NCBI GenBank assembly: GCA_000002435.2
Contig: CM018792.1
DNA: 64,000 nt
Strand: one strand, 5' to 3'
DNA from: Giardia intestinalis
Lineage: Eukaryota
The translations under genes were made by a program, and so were the position numbers. Shown piece by piece: positions 19,296 to 28,615 of this stretch; within the stretch, counting starts at the first letter, position 1; every line of letters begins with the position of its first letter. Below the pieces are notes generated by a model that made no database searches, was not told the DNA's origin, and saw only the letters and a list, made by a program, of their open reading frames with translations.

Positions 19296-20204
19296 ATGTC
19301 GCTTGCCAGGCATTATATTAAAGAGCGTGGGGTGCAGACTGCTGAGAATGGGGAGACAGTGAGCAGAGGAATAGACACATGTGGCAGGAATGGAGAGACA
19401 GGGGGACATGAACTTTTGCTAGATTGTCCACGAGTCGTTATTTTTGGCTCTGGGCCCGGCTCTGTAACGGTTGCAAGAGAACATGCACTCGCTGGACACT
19501 ACGTCCGGCTTTTCAGGAACCTAACACTCCCACAGCTCTCGTCTGTGCCCCGCCCAGATCTGTATACAACTGCAAATTTTGATAGATTTGACATCGACGA
19601 AGAAGTCATTGACTTCCGTAGTCGGCCGGTCAATAGTGTTCTCGATCGCTTCCGAGATACGTATGATTTGTTTTACATAGATGGTGGAAGCTCTCTTGCA
19701 GCGGTTTCGGGATCTCTAAAGTCCCCCAAGTTGCCTGTAATCTACACGGTATCATCTTTCAAACGGGCATATCCACATAAGAATACAGGTGAGCTCCATG
19801 GCAGTGTTGTAATTGTGTTAGGGTGCGACTCTACATCCCTGCACACTGCAAGATGGGCGCGTGACTTAGGAGCGGCCGTCTCGATCGTATCAGGTAAGCA
19901 TCCCCACAATCCCGTGAGAGAGCATGGTATTAATTTTGGGATCCTTCATCCTCCCTACAGCATTGGAGAAAAGGATCTGGTTGCTTTCATCCGTAGCGAT
20001 CGGACAGAGAATGTGGCAGACACAGCAGCTCCCCTATTTTACTACTGTGACATCATCATCATAGGCTCGGGTGTAGAGTCTCTGACAGCTTACGACGAGA
20101 GACTGATAGGAACGGACAGTACCTACGTTCAACGGGACACCCTAATAGACCCCACGCTCACGTTAACGGGCCAGTGTCGCTGGACAGCACAACACTATAA
20201 GTAG
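19296..20204 (+). CDS. Hypothetical protein with three Rossmann-like G-x-G-x-x-G/S segments (VVIFGSGPGS, VVIVLGCDSTS, IIIIGSGVES). Possible dinucleotide-binding protein.
   Basis: ORF begins 24 nt from the divergently oriented AlaRS start codon. Motifs only; no family assignment. Confidence 0.4.
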   Translation: MSLARHYIKERGVQTAENGETVSRGIDTCGRNGETGGHELLLDCPRVVIFGSGPGSVTVAREHALAGHYVRLFRNLTLPQLSSVPRPDLYTTANFDRFDIDEEVIDFRSRPVNSVLDRFRDTYDLFYIDGGSSLAAVSGSLKSPKLPVIYTVSSFKRAYPHKNTGELHGSVVIVLGCDSTSLHTARWARDLGAAVSIVSGKHPHNPVREHGINFGILHPPYSIGEKDLVAFIRSDRTENVADTAAPLFYYCDIIIIGSGVESLTAYDERLIGTDSTYVQRDTLIDPTLTLTGQCRWTAQHYK

Positions 20205-20253
20205 ACTACCATTTACAGTCGGTTGCCAATCGATGTGCTTTGAAATCCTTCAA

Positions 20254-20952
20254 TTAGTGACATATACGAAATGTAGTGTAAATACCAACAGTCTCCGACG
20301 GCCTAGAGATGCGCACAACATCATTGGGTAGCAAACCGAGGTAGCGGGCCATCGGGTCGGACGATTCTATGATGGGAATCTGTCCTTCTGTGCATCGATA
20401 CTCTTTGAGGACAACGCTCTTCTCCATTTCCGACAAAAGAACATGCTTGGGGACAAGCACGTGCTTTGTGATATTGATCAGGAGGCGTGTGACGAGAAAG
20501 TGCTCTATTACGATGCCGTTAGCGCGTTGTGCTTCGTCGATTCTTGCTTGAATTGTCTTATTCGGTGAGTCAAGCTTCTTACCTTCTCTCCCATAGATAA
20601 CATATATTACACGGTCCAATGGTCGTGTCTCCCTGTTCTGCGTTTCAACCTTCAATTTATCAATGAGATCTTTATCGATAACAGGCACGGGGCGAACCTT
20701 GATTGTTTCCTGATTTAGGCTGTTTGCGCTGCTCTTCCGCAACTTATGGGTTCCCAGGATCTTCCAAGAAAAGGGGGCCGTGTGGAACTCCCCGTCAAAA
20801 TCCTGAAACGTCTGATTGAGGAGCATCTCGGCAGACCACGGGGACATATCGTCCGACTGCACCATGTAGCCCCGATCTATGAGCATCTCTATAACAGTAC
20901 GGCGCACCTTAAAACTCTCTGCCGTTCCGTAGACCCTGGCCATCTTCCTCAA
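20254..20952 (-). CDS. RPB5: DNA-directed RNA polymerases I/II/III common subunit RPB5 (RPABC1)
   Basis: [20 protein letters not shown] versus human RPB5 [40 protein letters not shown] versus [20 protein letters not shown]. C-terminal [16 protein letters not shown] versus IIRPSETAGRYITYRLV. Confidence 0.93.
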   Translation of the reverse strand: [232 protein letters not shown]

Positions 20953-21427
20953 AGTAAAAAAGTTCGGGTGATCCTATGGATACAGTCTAACAAGCTTCCA
21001 TTTAAGTATGCGACAAATGACTGGCCACTACACTTAATGGTCTGGTTCGGTGATGGAATGGGTGGTGCTTACCTCGAGTTAGGACACCCTACTCAAACTG
21101 ACCTCTGAAGTAACAGTCTTTGGGGTGAAGGACGATTCAGTATCCAGCTGCCTATAAGAATGTGTAAAAGTACAAAGCTTGTATTGATACCGGCAGATGC
21201 GTTTACTGCCAAGCGTACGTCTAGGTTCATCCCTTCCCACAGCCAGCGCTAGGCTTCCTCAGTCGTGCTTGCTGAGGGCGGATGCTGCATCAACGGATCT
21301 CCGGTGCGGCTCGAGGATGCGATCTCGCTTCCGTTGTCGCTGTGCTCCATTGAATTCCGTGACATGAAGCAGGATCCCGTGCGCCTCTTAATGCAAACCA
21401 GAGCGGTGCTGTGTCAGCTTCTGGCCT

Positions 21428-21434
21428 CAATGTT
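21428..21434 (+). promoter_or_regulatory. VSP-type initiator element CAATGTT spanning the probable VSP-1 start codon
   Basis: PyA-ATG-TT initiator context typical of Giardia vsp genes. The ATG at 21430 is followed by a hydrophobic signal peptide MLVGIGLIFAVALTEVCS. Confidence 0.5.
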
Positions 21435-23025
21435 GGTAGGAATTGGTTTGATTTTTGCAGTCGCACTGACTGAGGTATGCAGTCCATCGATCGATGGATG
21501 CGCTGAATGCGATTCAACTGGACAAGGATGCACCAAATGCGACGCAAACGGCAACACGCCCTACCTGAAGAAGACGAATCCCAGCGACCCGACGGGGACG
21601 TGCGTCAGCGCGGTCGACTGCCAGGGGAGCGCGGGCTACTACACCGACGACAGCGTTTCCGACGCAAAGGAGTGCAAGAAGTGTGCAGAAGGCCAAAAGC
21701 CTAATACTGCAGGTACGCAGTGCTTCTCTTGCTCAGATGCTAACTGTGAACGATGCGATCAGAATGATGTCTGCGCTAGATGCAGTACCGGCGCACCACC
21801 AGAGAACGGGAAATGCCCCGCCGCCACGCCGGGGTGCCACTCCAGCTGCGACGGATGCACCGAGAACGCCATGACGAACCAGGCCGACAAGTGCACTGGC
21901 TGTAAAGAGGGACGGTATCTAAAGCCAGAGTCTGCAGCTGGGCAATCGGGAACGTGCCTTACTGCTGAAGAGTGCACCTCCGATACGACGCACTTCACCA
22001 AAGAGAAGGCCGGTGACTCGAAGGGGATGTGCCTCCCATGCAGCGACGCAACACACGGCATCGCGGGCTGTAAAAAGTGTGCCCTCAAAACGCTCTCTGG
22101 AGAAGCAGAATCGACGGTTGTGTGCTCCGAGTGTACAGACAAGTGGCTTACTCCTTCGGGCAATGCATGCTTGGACAACTGTCCTGCTGGAACATATCCT
22201 AACGATAACAATCTTTGTACCTCTTGTCATGATACGTGTGAAGAGTGCAATGGCAATGCGGACGCTGCTTCCTGCACGGCCTGCTATCCCGGGTATTCTC
22301 TCCTATACGGATCTGGCACAGCCGGAACATGCGTCAAGGAGTGCACTGGTGCGTTCGGCGCCAACTGTGCAGACGGGCAGTGCACGGCTGACGTGGGGGG
22401 CGCGAAGTACTGTGCCCAGTGCAAGGACGGGTACGCCCCGATCGACGGAATCTGTACAGCGGTGGCAGCTGCCGGACGAACGAACGTATGCACGGCGGCA
22501 GATGGCAAGTGCACCAAATGTGCAGGAGAGTATACTCTCATGTCGGGCGGGTGCTATGGTGTGGCGAAGCTTCCTGGCAAATCGGTTTGCACGCTCGCTA
22601 GTAACGGAAAGTGCATTATGTGTGCTGCAAATGGCCAGGCACCTGTGCAAGAGAAGTGTCCGGAGTGCTCTGAAGGCTGTGCAAAATGCAATGATTCTAA
22701 TGCCTGCACTGAATGCCTTCCTGGATACTACAAAGGTGCCGGTGATAAATGCTTCAAATGTACAGCTAGTAGTGGAAATAACAACCAAATCACTGGTGTC
22801 GCTAATTGCGTAAGCTGCGCCCCGCCAGCTGGTGGTAGTGGCTCTGTTACTTGCTATGTCAAAACAGATGGCACTAGTGGTGGTGATGATAACACCGGCG
22901 GAAGCGTCAACAAGAGCGGCCTCAGCACTGGCGCCATCGCTGGCATCGCCGTGGCTGTGGTCGTCGTCGTGGGGGGCCTCGTAGGGTTCCTCTGCTGGTG
23001 GTTCATCTGTAGAGGGAAGGCGTGA
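21430..23025 (+). CDS. VSP: Variant-specific surface protein (VSP-1, complete: signal peptide + CXXC-rich ectodomain + TM + CRGKA)
   Basis: Ends ...[20 protein letters not shown]. Many CXXC motifs and a GGCY motif. ACTTAGGTAGTGAAT overlaps the stop. The ORF-track start at 21265 (and the ATG at 21364) would add non-signal-peptide residues; 21430 is preferred. Confidence 0.85.
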   Translation: MLVGIGLIFAVALTEVCSPSIDGCAECDSTGQGCTKCDANGNTPYLKKTNPSDPTGTCVSAVDCQGSAGYYTDDSVSDAKECKKCAEGQKPNTAGTQCFSCSDANCERCDQNDVCARCSTGAPPENGKCPAATPGCHSSCDGCTENAMTNQADKCTGCKEGRYLKPESAAGQSGTCLTAEECTSDTTHFTKEKAGDSKGMCLPCSDATHGIAGCKKCALKTLSGEAESTVVCSECTDKWLTPSGNACLDNCPAGTYPNDNNLCTSCHDTCEECNGNADAASCTACYPGYSLLYGSGTAGTCVKECTGAFGANCADGQCTADVGGAKYCAQCKDGYAPIDGICTAVAAAGRTNVCTAADGKCTKCAGEYTLMSGGCYGVAKLPGKSVCTLASNGKCIMCAANGQAPVQEKCPECSEGCAKCNDSNACTECLPGYYKGAGDKCFKCTASSGNNNQITGVANCVSCAPPAGGSGSVTCYVKTDGTSGGDDNTGGSVNKSGLSTGAIAGIAVAVVVVVGGLVGFLCWWFICRGKA

Positions 23026-23039
23026 CTTAGGTAGTGAAT
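23025..23039 (+). promoter_or_regulatory. VSP extended polyadenylation motif ACTTAGGTAGTGAAT (ACTYAGRTAGTRAAY)
   Basis: Overlaps the VSP-1 TGA. The identical 15-mer follows every unit of the array (e.g. 24881-24895, 26715-26729, 30379-30393). The last unit has ACTTAGGTAGTAAAT at 41517-41531. Confidence 0.8.
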
Positions 23040-23066
23040 GCTGTACAGTGATAGTGATAGTGCTAT

Positions 23067-24881
23067 GTGTGGTGTGGGGGTGATAGTGATGGTGTGGGAC
23101 TCCTCTTCATGGGCGGGTGCTACAAGGTAGGACAAGATCCTGGCAACGAGATATGCACAACAGCCAAGGATGGACTGTGCACTGCTTGTAATACAGATAA
23201 CAAGTACATATTCCAGAATGGGGCAGAGAAGGTGACCCCTGGTAATGAGTGCATACTCTGTCATGATATCAAGGGAGCAGATGGATATACGGGGGTGGCT
23301 AACTGCGCCACATGTACAGCGCCAGCTAGTAGTACAGGACCTGTCACATGTACTGCCTGTCAAGATGGGTACTATAAAGATAACGATGCATGTACCAAAT
23401 GTCATGCCGACTGCGAGACATGCAATGGAGCCGGTCAAAATGCATGCACCCTCTGTGCGAGCGGGAAATATCTCGATGGGAACAATTGTGTAGAGGCTAA
23501 TCAATGCACTGGAAGTAAGTACCCCGACCCAAGCACCGGCAAGTGCACAGCCTGTAACGGTGCAGCAGAGCAGGGGGGCATACCAGAGTGCACTGCTTGC
23601 ACGTACGACGCAAAGCTACAGAAGCCGGTGTGCAGCACCTGTGGGGGAGCCAAAAAGGTAAAGACAGAGCTAGATGGAACAACAACCTGTGTCGATGATG
23701 CTGGGTGCAAAGACGGCAATACACACTTTGTTGACGATAGTAACACCAAGTGCATATTATGTAGCGATGATAAAGATGGAACCGACAGTAACAAGGGGAC
23801 TCCTAATTGCAAGACCTGTACCAAGACAGCATCCAATAAACCGGTCTGCTCGGAGTGCCTCGACGGATATTTTGGTTCCTCTTCATGCACAGCCTGTGGT
23901 GCCAACTGTGCCACCTGCACTCAAGCTGGCAATGATAAGTGCACTAAATGTAAAGCAGGGTTCTTCATGAAAGGCAGTGGTCCTGGCACATGCGTCCCCT
24001 GTGATGACCAAACAGATGGCATCGATGGGTGTGCCGAGTGCACTTTCTCTAACTCGTTGACTTGTGACTCCTGTAAGGTGAACTACAAGCAGAGTGGTGC
24101 CAGTACTGGCTCTGTCACATGTACCAAGACTTGTGAAGACGAGACTGCCTGCGGGGGTACCTCTGGCGCCTGCGATGCTATAGTAATCGACAATGATGGA
24201 GTAGAGCATCATTACTGTTCTTATTGTGGAAATCAAGGAGATGTACCAATCAATGGTATATGCACCAGCTCACTTGCAAGTAATACCTGCGCCGATGGTG
24301 TCTGCAAGTCTTGTGCTCAAGGGTACTTTATGTATATGGGAGGGTGCTATGATGTGTCGAAGGCTCCTGGTAGTCACATGTGCAAGAAAGCAGATAACAA
24401 TGGGATATGCACAGAGGCGGCAAGTAATAGGTACTTCGTAGTCCCTGGGGCACAGACCACTGATCAGTCTGTACTAGCTTGTGGTAATCCCCTTGGCACA
24501 CTAGTAGATCCTCAAGGTACCGCTAAGGCATATGTGGGGGTAGATGGCTGCTCCCAGTGCACAGCCCCGACAGCTCTAACAACAGCTGGTATGACCCCCG
24601 CTGTCTGTACCTCCTGTGACAGTGATAGGAAGCCCAACAGGGACGGCAGTGGGTGTGTCCTGTGCTCTGTGGGTGGTTGTAAGAGCTGTGTGGTGGATGA
24701 TGTGTGTGGGGAGTGTGTTGATGGATACAATCTAGAGGGTGATAAGTGTGTGTCCTCTGGCGCCAACAGGAGCGGCCTCTCCACGGGGGCCATCGCGGGG
24801 ATCTCCGTTGCTGTGATTGTTGTTATCGGGGGCCTCGTGGGCTTCCTCTGCTGGTGGTTCGTGTGTAGGGGGAAGGCGTGA
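23067..24881 (+). CDS. VSP: VSP-like cassette, unit 2 (type B). Open frame begins at a GTG right after an in-frame stop; no signal peptide. First in-frame ATG is at 23109.
   Basis: 604-codon open frame ending CRGKA + polyA motif. The N-terminus MWCGGDSDGVGLLFMGGCYKVGQDPGNEICTTAKDGLCTACN aligns to an internal VSP repeat (YFLYMGGCYKYDTVPGSLMCTEATTAGVCTT), so the unit begins mid-domain. Confidence 0.55.
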   Translation: MWCGGDSDGVGLLFMGGCYKVGQDPGNEICTTAKDGLCTACNTDNKYIFQNGAEKVTPGNECILCHDIKGADGYTGVANCATCTAPASSTGPVTCTACQDGYYKDNDACTKCHADCETCNGAGQNACTLCASGKYLDGNNCVEANQCTGSKYPDPSTGKCTACNGAAEQGGIPECTACTYDAKLQKPVCSTCGGAKKVKTELDGTTTCVDDAGCKDGNTHFVDDSNTKCILCSDDKDGTDSNKGTPNCKTCTKTASNKPVCSECLDGYFGSSSCTACGANCATCTQAGNDKCTKCKAGFFMKGSGPGTCVPCDDQTDGIDGCAECTFSNSLTCDSCKVNYKQSGASTGSVTCTKTCEDETACGGTSGACDAIVIDNDGVEHHYCSYCGNQGDVPINGICTSSLASNTCADGVCKSCAQGYFMYMGGCYDVSKAPGSHMCKKADNNGICTEAASNRYFVVPGAQTTDQSVLACGNPLGTLVDPQGTAKAYVGVDGCSQCTAPTALTTAGMTPAVCTSCDSDRKPNRDGSGCVLCSVGGCKSCVVDDVCGECVDGYNLEGDKCVSSGANRSGLSTGAIAGISVAVIVVIGGLVGFLCWWFVCRGKA

Positions 24882-24907
24882 CTTAGGTAGTGAATGCTGT
24901 ACAATGT

Positions 24908-24955
24908 GTGATAGAAGGTGATAGTGGGTGATAGTGTGATAATGGAGTGTGATAT
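24908..24955 (+). repeat. Inter-cassette spacer microsatellite, 5 copies of ~10-bp GGTGATAR-N2 (GTGATAG AAG GTGATAG TGG GTGATAG T GTGATAA … GTGATAT)
   Basis: Read directly. The equivalent spacer has 9 copies at 30406-30491 and 37768-37853, and variant versions at 23046-23090 and 39632-39690. Confidence 0.85.
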
Positions 24956-26715
24956 GTACAGCAGCCAGTGATGGAGTGTGCACTGCTTGTAACACAGCTA
25001 ACCAGTACATATTCCAGAACAAGGCTACGACAGTGACCCCTGGTGGGGAGTGCATACTGTGCCATGATGCCACGGGAGCGAATGAGAACAAGGGAGTGGC
25101 TAATTGCCTCAAGTGCACGGCACCAGCTAATAGTCCAGGGGCTGCCACGTGTACTGAGTGCATGTCTGGCTTCTCAGGAGACTCGTGTGCTACTCAATGC
25201 GGAGGAGACTGTGCCGCCTGTGATAAGAGTAACCAAAATCAGTGCACCTCTTGTAAGACTGGGAAGTACCTGAAAGAGAATCAATGTGTGGAAAAAAGTG
25301 CATGTAACAACAATCACTACCCCGATGACACTAGCATGACCTGCGTCGCCTGTAGCACCATACAAGATTGCACAGCATGCACAATGGACCAGTCCACGGG
25401 GAAGCCAAAGTGCACTAACTGCGGTGCCAGTAAGATCCCCAGGACGACTCTCGACGGAACCTCGACCTGCGTGACAAAAGGGTATACAGAATGCCAAGGA
25501 GCAGACAAGGAGCTGTTCATGAAGGAGGACCAATCGGCGTGCTTATTATGCGGAGACAATACTGAGGATACATCTGAGTCCAATAAAAACCAGGGAACTC
25601 CTAATTGCAAGACCTGTACCAAGACAGCATCCACTAAACCGGTCTGTGAGACGTGCAAGGATGGCTTCTTCTTTAATACTGGTGATAAGACATGTACAAA
25701 CAAGTGCGATGCCACCTGCAAGACGTGCTCTGCTGCTACAGATGCTAACCGATGCTTAACTTGTATGCCCGGATACTTCCCCATCGATAGTACAGATCAA
25801 CAAGGGAAGAAGTGCGTCCCATGCGATAGTGTGGACGACAAGGGTCGCGAAGGGTGCAGTGTCTGCTCTAACAATGGTGGATTCAAGTGTACTGAATGTA
25901 AGGTGAACTATAAGAAGCAGTCCAATGGAGATGCAGGGGATGACTATACATGTGTGAAGACCTGCGAGGATGAGACTGCCTGCGGGGGTACTTCTGGGGC
26001 TTGCGATGCAATAGTGATTGATGCTAATGGAAAGGAGCTTCACTATTGTTCTTATTGTGGAGAAGCTAATACGTATCCTATAGATGGGAAGTGTAATAGT
26101 GCTAAAGCAAATAATCAATGTGATCAAGGTGTATGTACACAATGCACTAACAACTACTTCTTGTACATGGGTGGGTGTTATAAGTATGATACAGTACCAG
26201 GTAGCCTCATGTGCACTGAAGCAACAACAGCTGGTGTCTGTACTACTCCCAATGCCAACAATAGGTACTTCCTGGTCCCAGGGGCATCCAACACTGATCA
26301 GTCTGTACTAGCTTGTGGTAACCCCCTGGGCACACTAGTAGGCACTGGTAATACTGCTAAGGCATATGTGGGGGTGGATGGCTGCTCCCAGTGTACAGCC
26401 CCGACAGCTCTAACAACAGTTGGTATGACCCCCGCTGTCTGTACCTCCTGTGACAATAGTAAGAAGCCCAACAGGGATGGCAGTGGGTGTGTAGTATGCT
26501 CTGACACCAACTGCAAGAGCTGTGTGATGGACGGTGTGTGTGGGGAGTGTGTTGATGGATACAATCTAGAGGGTGATAAGTGTGTGTCCTCTGGCGCCAA
26601 CAGGAGCGGGCTCTCCACGGGGGCCATCGCGGGGATCTCCGTTGCTGTGATTGTTGTTATCGGGGGCCTCGTGGGCTTCCTCTGCTGGTGGTTCGTGTGC
26701 AGGGGGAAGGCGTGA
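24949..26715 (+). CDS. VSP: VSP-like cassette, unit 3 (type C). Frame opens at GTG after an in-frame TAA. No ATG or signal peptide at the 5' end (first in-frame ATG ~200 nt in).
   Basis: 588-codon open frame, CXXC-rich, GGCY motif, TM + CRGKA, polyA motif. Protein identical to units 7 and 8. Confidence 0.55.
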   Translation: MICTAASDGVCTACNTANQYIFQNKATTVTPGGECILCHDATGANENKGVANCLKCTAPANSPGAATCTECMSGFSGDSCATQCGGDCAACDKSNQNQCTSCKTGKYLKENQCVEKSACNNNHYPDDTSMTCVACSTIQDCTACTMDQSTGKPKCTNCGASKIPRTTLDGTSTCVTKGYTECQGADKELFMKEDQSACLLCGDNTEDTSESNKNQGTPNCKTCTKTASTKPVCETCKDGFFFNTGDKTCTNKCDATCKTCSAATDANRCLTCMPGYFPIDSTDQQGKKCVPCDSVDDKGREGCSVCSNNGGFKCTECKVNYKKQSNGDAGDDYTCVKTCEDETACGGTSGACDAIVIDANGKELHYCSYCGEANTYPIDGKCNSAKANNQCDQGVCTQCTNNYFLYMGGCYKYDTVPGSLMCTEATTAGVCTTPNANNRYFLVPGASNTDQSVLACGNPLGTLVGTGNTAKAYVGVDGCSQCTAPTALTTVGMTPAVCTSCDNSKKPNRDGSGCVVCSDTNCKSCVMDGVCGECVDGYNLEGDKCVSSGANRSGLSTGAIAGISVAVIVVIGGLVGFLCWWFVCRGKA

Positions 26716-26782
26716 CTTAGGTAGTGAATGCTGTACAATGTGTGATAGAAGGTGATAGTGGGTGATAGTGTGATAATGGAGT

Positions 26783-28548
26783 GTGATATGTACAGCAGCC
26801 AGTGATGGAGTGTGCACTGCTTGTAACACAGCTAACCAGTACATATTCCAGAACAAGGCTACGACAGTGACCCCTGGTGGGGAGTGCATACTGTGCCATG
26901 ATGCCACGGGAGCGAATGAGAACAAGGGAGTGGCTAATTGCCTCAAGTGCACGGCACCAGCTAATAGTCCAGGGGCTGCCACGTGTACTGAGTGCATGTC
27001 TGGCTTCTCAGGAGACTCGTGTGCTACTCAATGCGGAGGAGACTGTGCCGCCTGTGATAAGAGTAACCAAAATCAGTGCACCTCTTGTAAGACTGGGAAG
27101 TACCTGAAAGAGAATCAATGTGTGGAAAAAAGTGCATGTAACAACAATCACTACCCCGATGACACTAGCATGACCTGCGTCGCCTGTAGCACCATACAAG
27201 ATTGCACAGCATGCACAATGGACCAGTCCACGGGGAAGCCAAAGTGCACTAACTGCGGTGCCAGTAAGATCCCCAGGACGACTCTCGACGGAACCTCGAC
27301 CTGCGTGACAAAAGGGTATACAGAATGCCAAGGAGCAGACAAGGAGCTGTTCATGAAGGAGGACCAATCGGCGTGCTTATTATGCGGAGACAATACTGAG
27401 GATACATCTGAGTCCAATAAAAACCAGGGAACTCCTAATTGCAAGACCTGTACCAAGACAGCATCCACTAAACCGGTCTGTGAGACGTGCAAGGATGGCT
27501 TCTTCTTTAATACTGGTGATAAGACATGTACAAACAAGTGCGATGCCACCTGCAAGACGTGCTCTGCTGCTACAGATGCTAACCGATGCTTAACTTGTAT
27601 GCCCGGATACTTCCCCATCGATAGTACAGATCAACAAGGGAAGAAGTGCGTCCCATGCGATAGTGTGGACGACAAGGGTCGCGAAGGGTGCAGTGTCTGC
27701 TCTAACACTGGTGGATTCAAGTGTACTGAATGTAAGGTGAACTATAAGAAGCAGTCCAATGGAGATGCAGGGGATGACTATACATGTGTGAAGACCTGCG
27801 AGGATGAGACTGCCTGCGGGGGTACTTCTGGGGCTTGCGATGCAATAGTGATTGATGCTAATGGAAAGGAGCTTCACTATTGTTCTTATTGTGGAGAAGC
27901 TAATACGTATCCTATAGATGGGAAGTGTAATAGTGCTAAAGCAAATAATCAATGTGATCAAGGTGTATGTACACAATGCACTAACAACTACTTCTTGTAC
28001 ATGGGTGGGTGTTATAAGTATGATACAGTACCAGGTAGCCTCATGTGCACTGAAGCAACAACAGCTGGTGTCTGTACTACTCCCAATGCCAACAATAGGT
28101 ACTTCCTGGTCCCAGGGGCATCCAACACTGATCAGTCTGTACTAGCTTGTGGTAACCCCCTGGGCACACTAGTAGGCACTGGTAATACTGCTAAGGCATA
28201 TGTGGGGGTGGATGGCTGCTCCCAGTGTACAGCCCCGACAGCTCTAACAACAGTTGGTATGACCCCCGCTGTCTGTACCTCCTGTGACAATAGTAAGAAG
28301 CCCAACAGGGATGGCAGTGGGTGTGTAGTATGCTCTGACACCAACTGCAAGAGCTGTGTGATGGACGGTGTGTGTGGGGAGTGCACAGTGGCTTCAGTTT
28401 AGACAATGGTAAGTGTGTGTCCTCTGGCGCCAACAGGAGCGGGCTCTCCACGGGGGCCATCGCGGGGATCTCCGTCGCTGTGGTCGCTGTCGTGGGGGGC
28501 CTCGTGGGCTTCCTCTGCTGGTGGTTCGTGTGTAGGGGGAAGGCGTGA
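26783..28548 (+). pseudogene. VSP: VSP-like cassette, unit 4 (type C with an E-type 3' segment). Frameshifted: 1-bp deletion near 28384 plus an in-frame TAG, with the TM/CRGKA block continuing in another frame to 28548.
   Basis: ggggagtgcacagtggcttcagtttagacaatgg here versus ggggagtgcaacagtggcttcagtctagacaatgg in unit 10. The ORF track splits this unit into 26783-28402 and 28406-28588. SNTGG variant shared with unit 9. Confidence 0.7.
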
Positions 28549-28615
28549 CTTAGGTAGTGAATGCTGTACAATGTGTGATAGAAGGTGATAGTGGGTGATA
28601 GTGTGATAATGGAGT

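Noticed and set aside
24949-24957. ORF-track start codons 'MICTAAS…' for cassettes 3-10 and 'MWCGG…' for unit 2
   Set aside because: These 'M' codons are GTG, so the ORF finder allowed alternative starts. A eukaryotic nuclear gene would need ATG. The nearest ATGs are out of frame.
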